Shown: positions 24,122 to 32,760 of the stretch, piece after piece
Numbering within the stretch: position 1 is the stretch's first letter
How the letters are laid out: each line of letters opens with the position of its first letter
DNA from: Nitrospirota bacterium
GTDB taxonomy: Bacteria > Nitrospirota > Thermodesulfovibrionia > UBA6902 > DSMQ01
Assembly: GCA_016208855.1 (NCBI GenBank)
Contig: JACQXF010000079.1
Span: forward strand, 1-46,817
Direction: 5' to 3'
DNA: 46,817 nucleotides
Position numbers and translations under genes: made by a program
The notes under the pieces: model-generated
Databases searched by the model: none
Told to the model about the DNA's origin: nothing
Seen by the model: the letters and a program-made list of their open reading frames with translations, nothing else

Positions 24122-25105
24122 ATGAGATAGAGCCGATAATAAGAGGCAACTGAAACACCGCGTGCGTCACTGCAATTAACTGAAATTCATGAGATAGAGC
24201 CGATAATAAGAGGCAACTGAAACATCTGAGCAATCAATTGATATCGCACCGCTAGTGTATGAGATAGAGCCGATAATAAGAGGCAACTGAAACCAACCGC
24301 GTGCGTCACTGCAATCAACTGAAATTCCATGAGATAGAGCCGATAAAAAGAGGCAACTGAAACCTCCCGGCTCAGTTATAACTAATGAGGTGCTATAAAA
24401 TGAGATAGAGCCGATAATAAGAGGCAACTGAAACCTGCCATTGTACTTATTAGCCCCCCTGCGGAGATAAAATGAGATAGAGCCGATAATAAGAGGCAAC
24501 TGAAACTAACAACTACAACTGTAATTACTACAAGCAATCCTGTATGAGATAGAGCCGATAATAAGAGGCAACTGAAACAAACAAACGCTCTGCGTCTCCT
24601 CTACCAGTATCATAAAATGAGATAGAGCCGATAATAAGAGGCAACTGAAACTCCTTTCTTTGTGTACCTCCCATTCGGGATCCTTTATGAGATAGAGCCG
24701 ATAATAAGAGGCAACTGAAACGTCTGAAGACTCCGCAAATATCGCACTTTTCTAATGAGATAGAGCCGATAATAAGAGGCAACTGAAACCTTCGGATCGA
24801 GCGGAACGGAAGGATCGAGCGTAAACATGAGATAGAGCCGATAATAAGAGGCAACTGAAACGCAAAATGTCGCAGGTGGTAAAGTAGATGGCAAAAATGA
24901 AATGAGATAGAGCCGATAATAAGAGGCAACTGAAACGTCCTTGGGACTGTACGAATTCCACACTTTCGCGTATATATGAGATAGAGCCGATAATAAGAGG
25001 CAACTGAAACTTTTAATAAGAGGCAACTGAAACCAAACAACCGCGGTTGTAAAATTACGATTGTTTCAAAATGAGATAGAGCCGATAATAAGAGGCAACT
25101 GAAAC
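24122..25105 (+). CRISPR. CRISPR array: 14 full 35-nt repeats (ATGAGATAGAGCCGATAATAAGAGGCAACTGAAAC), one 20-nt partial repeat, 13 spacers of 32-40 nt
   Basis: Repeats start at 24122, 24189, 24259, 24329 (one substitution), 24400, 24472, 24544, 24617, 24687, 24755, 24827, 24902, 24976 and 25071. Partial repeat at 25014-25033. The ACTGAAAC 3' end and leader position suggest + strand transcription. Confidence 0.97.
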
Positions 25106-25127
25106 TTTTGGCAGCAAGCATCTGCTT

Positions 25128-25382
25128 AATGTAGCTGATGACGGTCGCAGAGGGGAAATAGCCTCTGAACTAAAGAACTATGGTCAAAGAGTTCAAAAAA
25201 GCATTTTTGAATGTTATTTGGACAATGAGCAAATTGTTGAACTTAAGACCTTAATAGAAAAATATATGGATTTTGGAGAAGACAGTGTGCGATATTATTA
25301 TCTATGCAGAAAGGATGAAAATAATACGGAATATTTAGGCAAAAATATACTCTATAAAGATGATGACTATCTTATGATTTAA
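25128..25382 (+). pseudogene. cas2: Third cas2, 5'-truncated
   Basis: Startless frame NVADDGRRGEIASELKNYGQRVQKSIFECYLD...DSVRYYYLC...KDDDYLMI*. Lacks the MxxxVSYD start. Not in the ORF track. Confidence 0.85.
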
Positions 25383-25401
25383 AACTCAACAAGGGGGTAA
25401 T

Positions 25402-27870
25402 ATGGCAGAGCAGTTGCCTTATATTTTTTCGAGACAAAGAGAAGGGAAGTGGTACACCTTTTTTGCAATAAAATTGAATTCAATATTAACTTTCGATCCG
25501 GAGCATGGAGAGCATAAAAATTTTGCATTTGAGCTGCTTAACAGACAGATTGATTTTATCAATACTCTTGACTGCCCGGAAGATGAACGGGTTATTAATC
25601 TCAGATTTATATGCAGACCTGATCCATCTTTTTACAGGCGGGGGAAAATAGATGTAGTGTTAATAATCCGAATACCTTCAGAAGATAAAGACATTTCTAT
25701 CATTAAAGCCAAGAAGGTATTCAATGACATATGGCCGATTATAACTTCGATATCTGAGAATTATGAATTTGAACCTGTATTCAATCAGGATGAATTTCAT
25801 TCTTTTTATAAACCCTTCCCAATTAATTCCGTTGCAGAAATTGCCCGCAGAGACGATATTATTGAGATTAACACAGCAAAGAGAATAAGAGTAAAAGGGT
25901 TCAGCAGCGAAGGGAATACCGAACTCTCGGGAGTAATTGATAATGATAAAATATATTATACATATCCGTTCATTTGGGGGGCTAATTCTGTCTCAAGGAT
26001 ATTTAAGACAATGCAATATCAGAAATTCCCTTCAATGGTCAGCATCATACTTAAGCCTGTGGCGTTTAACGATGATATAGAAAAACTATTTCTTGAAAAA
26101 CTTGAAAAAATAGAGGCTACAGTTGCCCTGCATAGAAACACTTCCCGTATTCAATCAATTGCAAAGAATCTTAACAGTCAACTGTTGAGGATAGAGGACT
26201 CTCCCTTTTATCTGAAAATTTTGGTAGCATCTGAAGGCGAAGTTGCAAAAGGTCTTATTGATTCAGTTGGTGTTGAAATAACGGAACATGCCGGGTCGCC
26301 TGATATTGTAAAAGACACTAATGATGATTATGTATTCTCAGGGGGATACGAATGGTATTATCTGGAAAAAGAAAAAGCAGAGAATGAAATAGAATGGCTG
26401 GATATTAATTTCAGCGTACCATCAGTTGCCCCAGGGGACGATAAAAAAATGCGTTATATTTTTGATTCAACTCAGGCGAACTGCGCCTTCAGATTTCCTG
26501 TCCCTGATATGAATGAAACACCGGGCATCACGACAAAATTTTATAAAAGTGTTATGCCTCCTTCCAATATCCCGGAAACTGGAGTACTGCTTGGACACAG
26601 CACAAGAGAAGGAATATCCCAAATGATCAGGATTGACAGGGATGACAGAAGACGGCATATGTATATTGCAGGGCAGACAGGTACAGGCAAGTCAACTCTG
26701 CTTCTAAATATGATTCAACAGGATATTGAAAATAATGAGGGATTGGCTGTCCTTGATCCTCATGGTGAATTGATAGACGAGATTATGTTAAGGATACCCG
26801 AACGAAGAATAAATGATGTAGTTTATATAAATTTTGAGGACACTGAAAGCCCTGTCGCAATTAATATGCTTGAGTGCAAAACAGAACTTGAGAAGGATAT
26901 GGCTGTCAACCATATGATGGAGATATTTGGCAGACTATATGATCTGGAGCAGGCAGGCGGGCCAATGTTTGAGATGTATATGAAAAATGCTCTTTATCTA
27001 ATACTTGAGGATTCAGATTCCGGAGCTACACTATTGGATGTGCAGAAAGTATTTGGCGACCGTAATTACAGAAACTATAAACTCTCAAAAGCCGGCAATA
27101 GTGTAGTTGTAGAATTTTGGAAAAAGATAGCTGAGGAGGCAGGTGGTGAGAGCAGACTGGAAAACATGGTTCCCTATGTAATAAGCAAGCTTTCAATGTT
27201 TATTTACAACAATACGGTTAGGAATATTATTGCTTCACAAAAGTCCTCAATTAATTTCAGAGAAATTATGGATAGCGGGGAAATTTTATTAGTAGATCTT
27301 TGCAAAGGAAAGCTTGGAAAGACAAATAGCGATTTTCTCGGCATGGTCATAGTAAGTAAGATTTTAACTGCTGCACTTGGCAGGAGTGAAATTGAAGATA
27401 AGAAATCTTTGAAGGATTTTTATCTTTATGTTGACGAATTTCAGAATCTTGCAACAGACAGTTTCGTATCCCTGCTCTCTGAGGCAAGGAAATACAGATT
27501 AAACGCCATACTCGCAAATCAGTATTTAACTCAAGTCAATGAAGATGTTCTGCATGCCATATTCGGAAATGTAGGATCAATGATAACATTTCGTCTTGGG
27601 ATAAATGATGCTGCTTTAATGGAAAGAGAGTTTTATCCGGTCTTCACCGGCAATGAAATTATAAAATTGCCAAACTGGACTGTATGCTCAAAAATTCTAT
27701 CAAAGGGTGAAATCTTAAGACCTTTTGTGATGAATACGCTTTCTGGATCTGAAGGGAAAGATCCGAATGTAGTACGAAAGATCAAAGAGCATTCAAGGGC
27801 AATTTATGGAAGGGATGCACGAGATATAGAGAAGGAAATACTTGTTCGATACAAGAAGATCTATAACTGA
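25402..27870 (+). CDS. HerA/VirB4/TraG-superfamily P-loop ATPase with uncharacterised N-terminal half
   Basis: RRRHMYIAGQTGTGKS, LAVLDPHGE, YLYVDEFQN, SEARKY, ANQYLTQ, FGNVGS. No obvious TM. Confidence 0.85.
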   Translation: MAEQLPYIFSRQREGKWYTFFAIKLNSILTFDPEHGEHKNFAFELLNRQIDFINTLDCPEDERVINLRFICRPDPSFYRRGKIDVVLIIRIPSEDKDISIIKAKKVFNDIWPIITSISENYEFEPVFNQDEFHSFYKPFPINSVAEIARRDDIIEINTAKRIRVKGFSSEGNTELSGVIDNDKIYYTYPFIWGANSVSRIFKTMQYQKFPSMVSIILKPVAFNDDIEKLFLEKLEKIEATVALHRNTSRIQSIAKNLNSQLLRIEDSPFYLKILVASEGEVAKGLIDSVGVEITEHAGSPDIVKDTNDDYVFSGGYEWYYLEKEKAENEIEWLDINFSVPSVAPGDDKKMRYIFDSTQANCAFRFPVPDMNETPGITTKFYKSVMPPSNIPETGVLLGHSTREGISQMIRIDRDDRRRHMYIAGQTGTGKSTLLLNMIQQDIENNEGLAVLDPHGELIDEIMLRIPERRINDVVYINFEDTESPVAINMLECKTELEKDMAVNHMMEIFGRLYDLEQAGGPMFEMYMKNALYLILEDSDSGATLLDVQKVFGDRNYRNYKLSKAGNSVVVEFWKKIAEEAGGESRLENMVPYVISKLSMFIYNNTVRNIIASQKSSINFREIMDSGEILLVDLCKGKLGKTNSDFLGMVIVSKILTAALGRSEIEDKKSLKDFYLYVDEFQNLATDSFVSLLSEARKYRLNAILANQYLTQVNEDVLHAIFGNVGSMITFRLGINDAALMEREFYPVFTGNEIIKLPNWTVCSKILSKGEILRPFVMNTLSGSEGKDPNVVRKIKEHSRAIYGRDARDIEKEILVRYKKIYN

Positions 27871-28030
27871 AAGTTGAAGAGGAGCTTTTTTATACCGTGG
27901 AAGGGAAATGAAATTGCCACTACCCTTTTTTTAATGTGAATAGATATGAATGATAAATTGCATACACAAAGCATATTGAGTCTCTTGCTAAAAATATAAG
28001 GGTGAACTTTATTTATGAAAGGGGGAGATA

Positions 28031-28432
28031 GTGGGGATTGACATTTACGTAAAAAAAGACGGGAAGAGTATTTATTATGAGGGCATTGGCAGCGGAACAA
28101 ATTTCTACGAGATGCGACTTGCAATCGCATACAGCCTTGAAAATGGAGAAAAGGGCTCACGCTTCCCTGTCCTCCAGAGAACGCCCAGCCATGAAGCAGT
28201 GTTTACTATGGAACAGACGAAGGAGCTAAAACGAGAAATAGAAGCGATAATAAGCGAGCAGGATAATATAAAAGAGGAATATAAGAATATTCCTTATCTT
28301 TCTCTTCCCGGGGAACCTCCGATGAGAGACTTCAGCTTCCCTCGCAAAGCTATTATTGAAAGACTGAAGATAATACTTGAAGGCTGCGTGACAGCAATAG
28401 CGAACAATGGAACACTGCAGTGGGATTATTAA
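28031..28432 (+). CDS. Hypothetical protein
   Basis: 133 aa, GGGAG RBS, GTG start, MGIDIY N-terminus. Confidence 0.65.
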   Translation: MGIDIYVKKDGKSIYYEGIGSGTNFYEMRLAIAYSLENGEKGSRFPVLQRTPSHEAVFTMEQTKELKREIEAIISEQDNIKEEYKNIPYLSLPGEPPMRDFSFPRKAIIERLKIILEGCVTAIANNGTLQWDY

Positions 28433-28454
28433 GTTTCAAGTTCCGCCATTTAAA

Positions 28455-29012
28455 ATGAGAAAAAATATCATGATATTTTTCAATGTCGAAATAAAATTTA
28501 AATGTCCAGATATAGATAAGGTTAAAACGATATTGAAATCACGAAATGCAGATTTTATAGGAACTGACCATCAGATAGATACATATTTTAAAGTATATCA
28601 GGGAAGATTGAAATTAAGAGAGGGCAATATTGAAAACCATCTGATTTATTATGAGCGGGAAGATATTGAAGGACCTAAAAAATCAAATGTTATTTTATAC
28701 AAAACAACCCCTGATTCTCCATTAAAAGGCATATTGTCAAATTCATTAGGTATCCTTGTTGTTGTCGATAAGAAAAGAGAGATATATTTTATAGAAAATG
28801 TAAAATTTCATATTGACACGATTAAAGATTTAGGCACCTTTGTAGAGATTGAGGCCATTGACACAGATGGGAACATAGGCGAAGAAATGCTAAGAGATCA
28901 ATGCAGCTTTTACTGCAATCTATTCAATATTTCACAGGAAGAGCTGCTTGCCTTTTCTTATAGTGATATGTTGTTGAATAAGCGAGGGGTATCCCTTAAA
29001 CATAGTAAATGA
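28455..29012 (+). CDS. CYTH domain protein (class IV adenylate cyclase/triphosphatase-like)
   Basis: NVEIK, HQIDTYF, RLKLRE, FVEIEA, YSD. Start uncertain. Confidence 0.85.
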   Translation: MRKNIMIFFNVEIKFKCPDIDKVKTILKSRNADFIGTDHQIDTYFKVYQGRLKLREGNIENHLIYYEREDIEGPKKSNVILYKTTPDSPLKGILSNSLGILVVVDKKREIYFIENVKFHIDTIKDLGTFVEIEAIDTDGNIGEEMLRDQCSFYCNLFNISQEELLAFSYSDMLLNKRGVSLKHSK

Positions 29013-29103
29013 TTACTGCTTGAGGCAGCCTAAATCGGCCCAAAGACCGAGCGAGATGTTTTCTCGTAAATTAGAATAATTCCTGCCTGCAGTTAGAAGA
29101 GAA

Positions 29104-29188
29104 TGGTGCCGAAGGCGGGACTCGAACCCGCATGGATTTCTCCACACGCCCCTCAAACGTGCGTGTCTACCAGTTCCACCACTTCGGC
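29104..29188 (-). tRNA. tRNA-Leu(GAG)
   Basis: GCCGAAGTGGTGGAACTGGTAGACACGCACGTTTGAGGGGCGTGTGGAGAAATCCATGCGGGTTCGAGTCCCGCCTTCGGCACCA: cloverleaf, long variable arm, GAG anticodon, encoded CCA. Confidence 0.95.
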
Positions 29189-29270
29189 TCGTAATAGATT
29201 ATACTATCTGCAGTTGTATTATCAAGACTTGCTGCTTAACACGGGGCATGGTATTTAAGACCTTTGTTTA

Positions 29271-29588
29271 TTACGCAAGGATGGACTGAACATAGTCTGT
29301 ATAGTTAGGAGGAGGATTAACTAACTCAATCCCCATACCGCTTTTTGTCTCGCCGATAAGCCCTGACATTGTCCTCATACTTCTTATAACTTTGCCGGAG
29401 AGGAAAATTTCTTGTGAATTTGACAGACATAGTTTAATGCTTATTATACTTCCGGGGGCTACCCCTTGGTTTGTCCTGATGAACATTCCTGCCTCAGACA
29501 GATCGCTCGTTATGGCTGTCTTCTCAATACCAGTGTGAAATTTAACTTCCAGCCTTTTTATTATTCTATTTGTTTTTCGTCTTTCCAT
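29271..29588 (-). CDS. PilZ domain protein
   Basis: ERRKTNR (RxxxR) and DLSEAG (DxSxxG), GMGIE. Confidence 0.85.
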   Translation of the reverse strand: MERRKTNRIIKRLEVKFHTGIEKTAITSDLSEAGMFIRTNQGVAPGSIISIKLCLSNSQEIFLSGKVIRSMRTMSGLIGETKSGMGIELVNPPPNYTDYVQSILA

Positions 29589-29765
29589 AAGAAGAGTATA
29601 TGTATAATTTATAATTTTATATAAGAAATTTTATAATTAGTCAAGCTTTTTTCTTTCCTCTTATAATTCCTGATGCTAAAAGATGTTAGACAAAAGACCT
29701 TGAACTTATCGTATAATATGTAAATTTTTACTATAGAGGCTCTATAGTTAGAAAAATTAAAGAAT

Positions 29766-30545
29766 ATGTTTATTATTAAGGCAATAGAATTTCTGGGCTC
29801 TCTTTTTAGGCGTCCTGTTGAAGAGGTAGGACAGCTTATAATTCTTTTTTTCTCAACCCTGAAATGGCTCTTAAGGCCGCCTTTAGATATAAGAAATACC
29901 TTTAGACAGATGCTTGAGATAGGCGTGAACTCCCTGCCGGTTGTATTAATTACAGCCATATTTACAGGGATGGTGCTGGCGCTGCAGAGCTATACGGGTT
30001 TTAAACGTTTCGGCGCTGAAAGCCTTGTAGGCTCTGTTGTAGCCCTGTCAATGACAAGGGAGCTCGGACCTGTACTTACAGCCCTTATAGTAACAGGCCG
30101 CGCCGGAGCAGCTATGGCTGCAGAGCTCGGTACAATGAGGGTTACAGAGCAGATAGATGCGCTTGAAACACTGGCGACAAACCCTGTCAAATACCTTGTT
30201 GTTCCAAGGGTTACCTCAGGGTTTATCATGCTGCCAAGCCTTGCCGTGGTAGCGGATATAATCGGGATAATAGGCGGATATTTTGTTACTGTTATGATAT
30301 TTGGCGCAAGCCCGACCCAATATATGAAGATGACATGGGATTTTCTTGAAATGCAGGATATATACAACGGACTAATAAAGTCAGGTTTTTTTGGCGGCAT
30401 ACTTTCTCTAATAAGCTGTTATAAAGGATTTTACACAAAAGGCGGAGCAGAGGGCGTGGGGAGGGCAACTACAGGCGCAGTCGTGTTGTCATCTATGGCA
30501 ATACTAATCTCAGATTACTTTTTATCAGCATGGTTGTTTAAATGA
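29766..30545 (+). CDS. mlaE: MlaE-family ABC permease
   Basis: RELGPVLTALIVTGRAGAAMAAELGTMRVTEQIDAL. Confidence 0.92.
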   Translation: MFIIKAIEFLGSLFRRPVEEVGQLIILFFSTLKWLLRPPLDIRNTFRQMLEIGVNSLPVVLITAIFTGMVLALQSYTGFKRFGAESLVGSVVALSMTRELGPVLTALIVTGRAGAAMAAELGTMRVTEQIDALETLATNPVKYLVVPRVTSGFIMLPSLAVVADIIGIIGGYFVTVMIFGASPTQYMKMTWDFLEMQDIYNGLIKSGFFGGILSLISCYKGFYTKGGAEGVGRATTGAVVLSSMAILISDYFLSAWLFK

Positions 30546-31317
30546 TAGAAATCATAGGCGTGCATAAATCTTTTGGCGAGAAGCATGTATTAAAGGGAGT
30601 TAACTTATATATCGATAAGGGAGAAAGCGTTGTTGTCATAGGCGGAAGCGGTTCAGGCAAAACAGTACTTTTAAGGCATATAATCGGGCTGCTAAAGCCT
30701 GATAAAGGCACGGTGATAATTGACGGCGTAGATTTATCAATGCTTGATGAAGACGGATTAAATGAATTGAGGAAAAAATTTGGCATGCTCTTTCAGGCTG
30801 CTGCATTATTTGACTCAATGTCTGTGTGGGAGAATGTAGGGTTTGCGTTGAAACGGCATAAGAAGCTGAGCGATAAAGCAGTAAAGGAGATTGCCATAGA
30901 GAAACTCAGGCTTGTCGGGCTTGTCGGCTCTGAGAACCTTATGCCGTCTGAGCTTTCAGGCGGCATGCGTAAGAGGGTAGGTCTTGCGAGGGCAATTGCC
31001 ATGGAGCCTGAGATATTGCTCTATGATGAGCCGACAACAGGGCTTGACCCTATAACTGCAGATGCCATTAATGACCTCATCATAGAGATGAGGGAGAAGC
31101 TAAGGGTTACGTCTGTTGCAATTACGCATGATATGAAAAGCGCCTATAAGATTGAAGCGCCTATAAGATTGCAGACAAAGTTGCCATGCTTTATAATGGA
31201 GAGGTTATAGAAACAGGGTCTCCTGTTGAAATAAAGAACACTTCAAATCCTGTTGTAAGGCAGTTTATTGAGGGCAGCGCAACAGGGCCTATAGTACTGG
31301 AGGGGATAAGGAGATGA
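30542..31317 (+). pseudogene. mlaF: MlaF-family ABC ATPase, frameshifted by a 17-bp tandem duplication
   Basis: GGSGSGKT, LSGGM, YDEPT, ITHD. AAGCGCCTATAAGATTG occurs twice (31138-31154, 31155-31171). Removing one copy restores SAYKIADKVAMLYNG...NPVVRQFIEG...*, ending at 31317. Confidence 0.85.
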
Positions 31318-32759
31318 AAAGCCTGTCAGCAGAACTTAAGGTTGGACTCTTTGCGATACTTGTATTGCTTATCCTTTCTTATATGACATTTAAGGTAGGT
31401 GGTTTGGGCGTTGCATGGAAGAAAGGCTACAGGCTCCATGTGATATTTGATAATATAAGCGGCCTTGAGGAGAAATCAAAGGTTAAGGTAGCAGGCGTTG
31501 ATTCAGGAATAATAGAAAAGATTCAGCTCAGGGAAGGCAAAGCGCGGCTTACAATCTTAATGAATCCGGAGGTAGAGATTCATAGAGACGCAAAGGCGTC
31601 TATCAGGGCAGCAGGGCTTCTCGGCGATAAATATCTTGCGCTCTGGGCAGGCTCTACGGCTGAGCCGCTTTTAAGAAATGGGGATATAATAGAGAAGACA
31701 GAGCCTGCTGCTGATTTTGATGAGCTCGCTAATGAACTTTCGGATACGGCAGCTAATATAAGTGATCTTACTGAAACGCTTAAAGGCATGCTTGGCTCAT
31801 CAGAGAAGGAGTCAATAAAGGCTACAATACATAACCTTGAGAGCATAACAAAGACAGTCAGTGCAATACTTGAAGAGGACAGAAGGCCGCTTCGCAATAC
31901 CCTTGCACAGCTTGATGAATTTTCAAAGACCCTTGCTGACAGGGGGCCTGCTGTGATAGATGATACAAGGGCTGCTGCAAAGAATATAAAAGACGTGTCA
32001 AAGGATCTGCAGGAGGTTGTCAGTGAAAACAGGACGGCTTTTAAAGACAGCATGCAGAACATAAGGTCATTCTCTGCATCAGCAGACAAGATTGCGCAGA
32101 AGATAGACAAAGGAAAGAGCACACTCGGGAAACTCCTTAAAGACGATAAACTTTATGAGTCCATAAAGAAGGTTGCAGATGATGCCGGCAAGGGCATGGA
32201 TGTTGTTGACAGGCTTAAGACGCTTATGGAATTCCGCTCTGAATATCTTTCCAAGGAGAGTGAATGGAAAGGCTACTTCTACCTTACATTACAGCCGCGG
32301 AAGGATAAGTATTATATCTTAGGAGTCGTGGGAGACCCGCTCGGATCGAGCGAGATTACAGAGACAACTACCGGCGGGGTAACTACAATTGAAGAAAAGA
32401 TAGAAAAGAAGATTGAGTTTACAGCTCAATTTGCGAAGCGTTTTGAAGATATTGCATTGAGGATTGGCTTAGTGGAGAACTCCTTTGGTGTTGGCGCTGA
32501 TTATTTCTTTAAGGATGATAAAGCCAAAATAAGTGTGGATGTATGGGATATGAATGCTGATGAGGCAAGGGCAAAGAAGGCACATGCCAAGGTAGGGATT
32601 GATTACATGTTATTTAAGCACATCTATGTGAGCGGCGGTGTTGACAACATACTTAACAGCAGCCGCAGGGGAGTCTATGTGGGCGGAGGAATAAAGTTTG
32701 AAGATGAGGACTTTAAATATATCTTTGGCGGCGGCGCTCCGAGGATACCGGGGAAGTAG
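31314..32759 (+). CDS. mlaD: MlaD/MCE-family protein with long helical region and C-terminal domain
   Basis: ELKVGLF TM, FDNISGL...VKVAGV, GLLGDKY, coiled-coil region. Confidence 0.85.
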   Translation: MKSLSAELKVGLFAILVLLILSYMTFKVGGLGVAWKKGYRLHVIFDNISGLEEKSKVKVAGVDSGIIEKIQLREGKARLTILMNPEVEIHRDAKASIRAAGLLGDKYLALWAGSTAEPLLRNGDIIEKTEPAADFDELANELSDTAANISDLTETLKGMLGSSEKESIKATIHNLESITKTVSAILEEDRRPLRNTLAQLDEFSKTLADRGPAVIDDTRAAAKNIKDVSKDLQEVVSENRTAFKDSMQNIRSFSASADKIAQKIDKGKSTLGKLLKDDKLYESIKKVADDAGKGMDVVDRLKTLMEFRSEYLSKESEWKGYFYLTLQPRKDKYYILGVVGDPLGSSEITETTTGGVTTIEEKIEKKIEFTAQFAKRFEDIALRIGLVENSFGVGADYFFKDDKAKISVDVWDMNADEARAKKAHAKVGIDYMLFKHIYVSGGVDNILNSSRRGVYVGGGIKFEDEDFKYIFGGGAPRIPGK

Positions 32760-32760
32760 C

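Noticed and set aside
23973-25121. Several minus-strand ORFs of 83-197 aa over the array
   Set aside because: They are translations of CRISPR repeats (recurring FQLPLIIGSIS, VSVASYYRLYL), not genes.
25402-27870. Conjugative element centred on the TraG/VirB4-like ATPase
   Set aside because: No relaxase, pilus/T4SS genes, oriT or integrase in the window.
29609-29959. 116-aa minus-strand ORF and other short antisense ORFs in the track
   Set aside because: They are shadows of well-supported genes or AT-rich intergenic DNA, with no motifs.
32341-32352. Self-targeting: TCGGATCGAGCG in mlaD matches part of spacer 10
   Set aside because: Only 12 nt and the flanks do not match. I noticed no longer self-match by eye, but this was not an exhaustive search.
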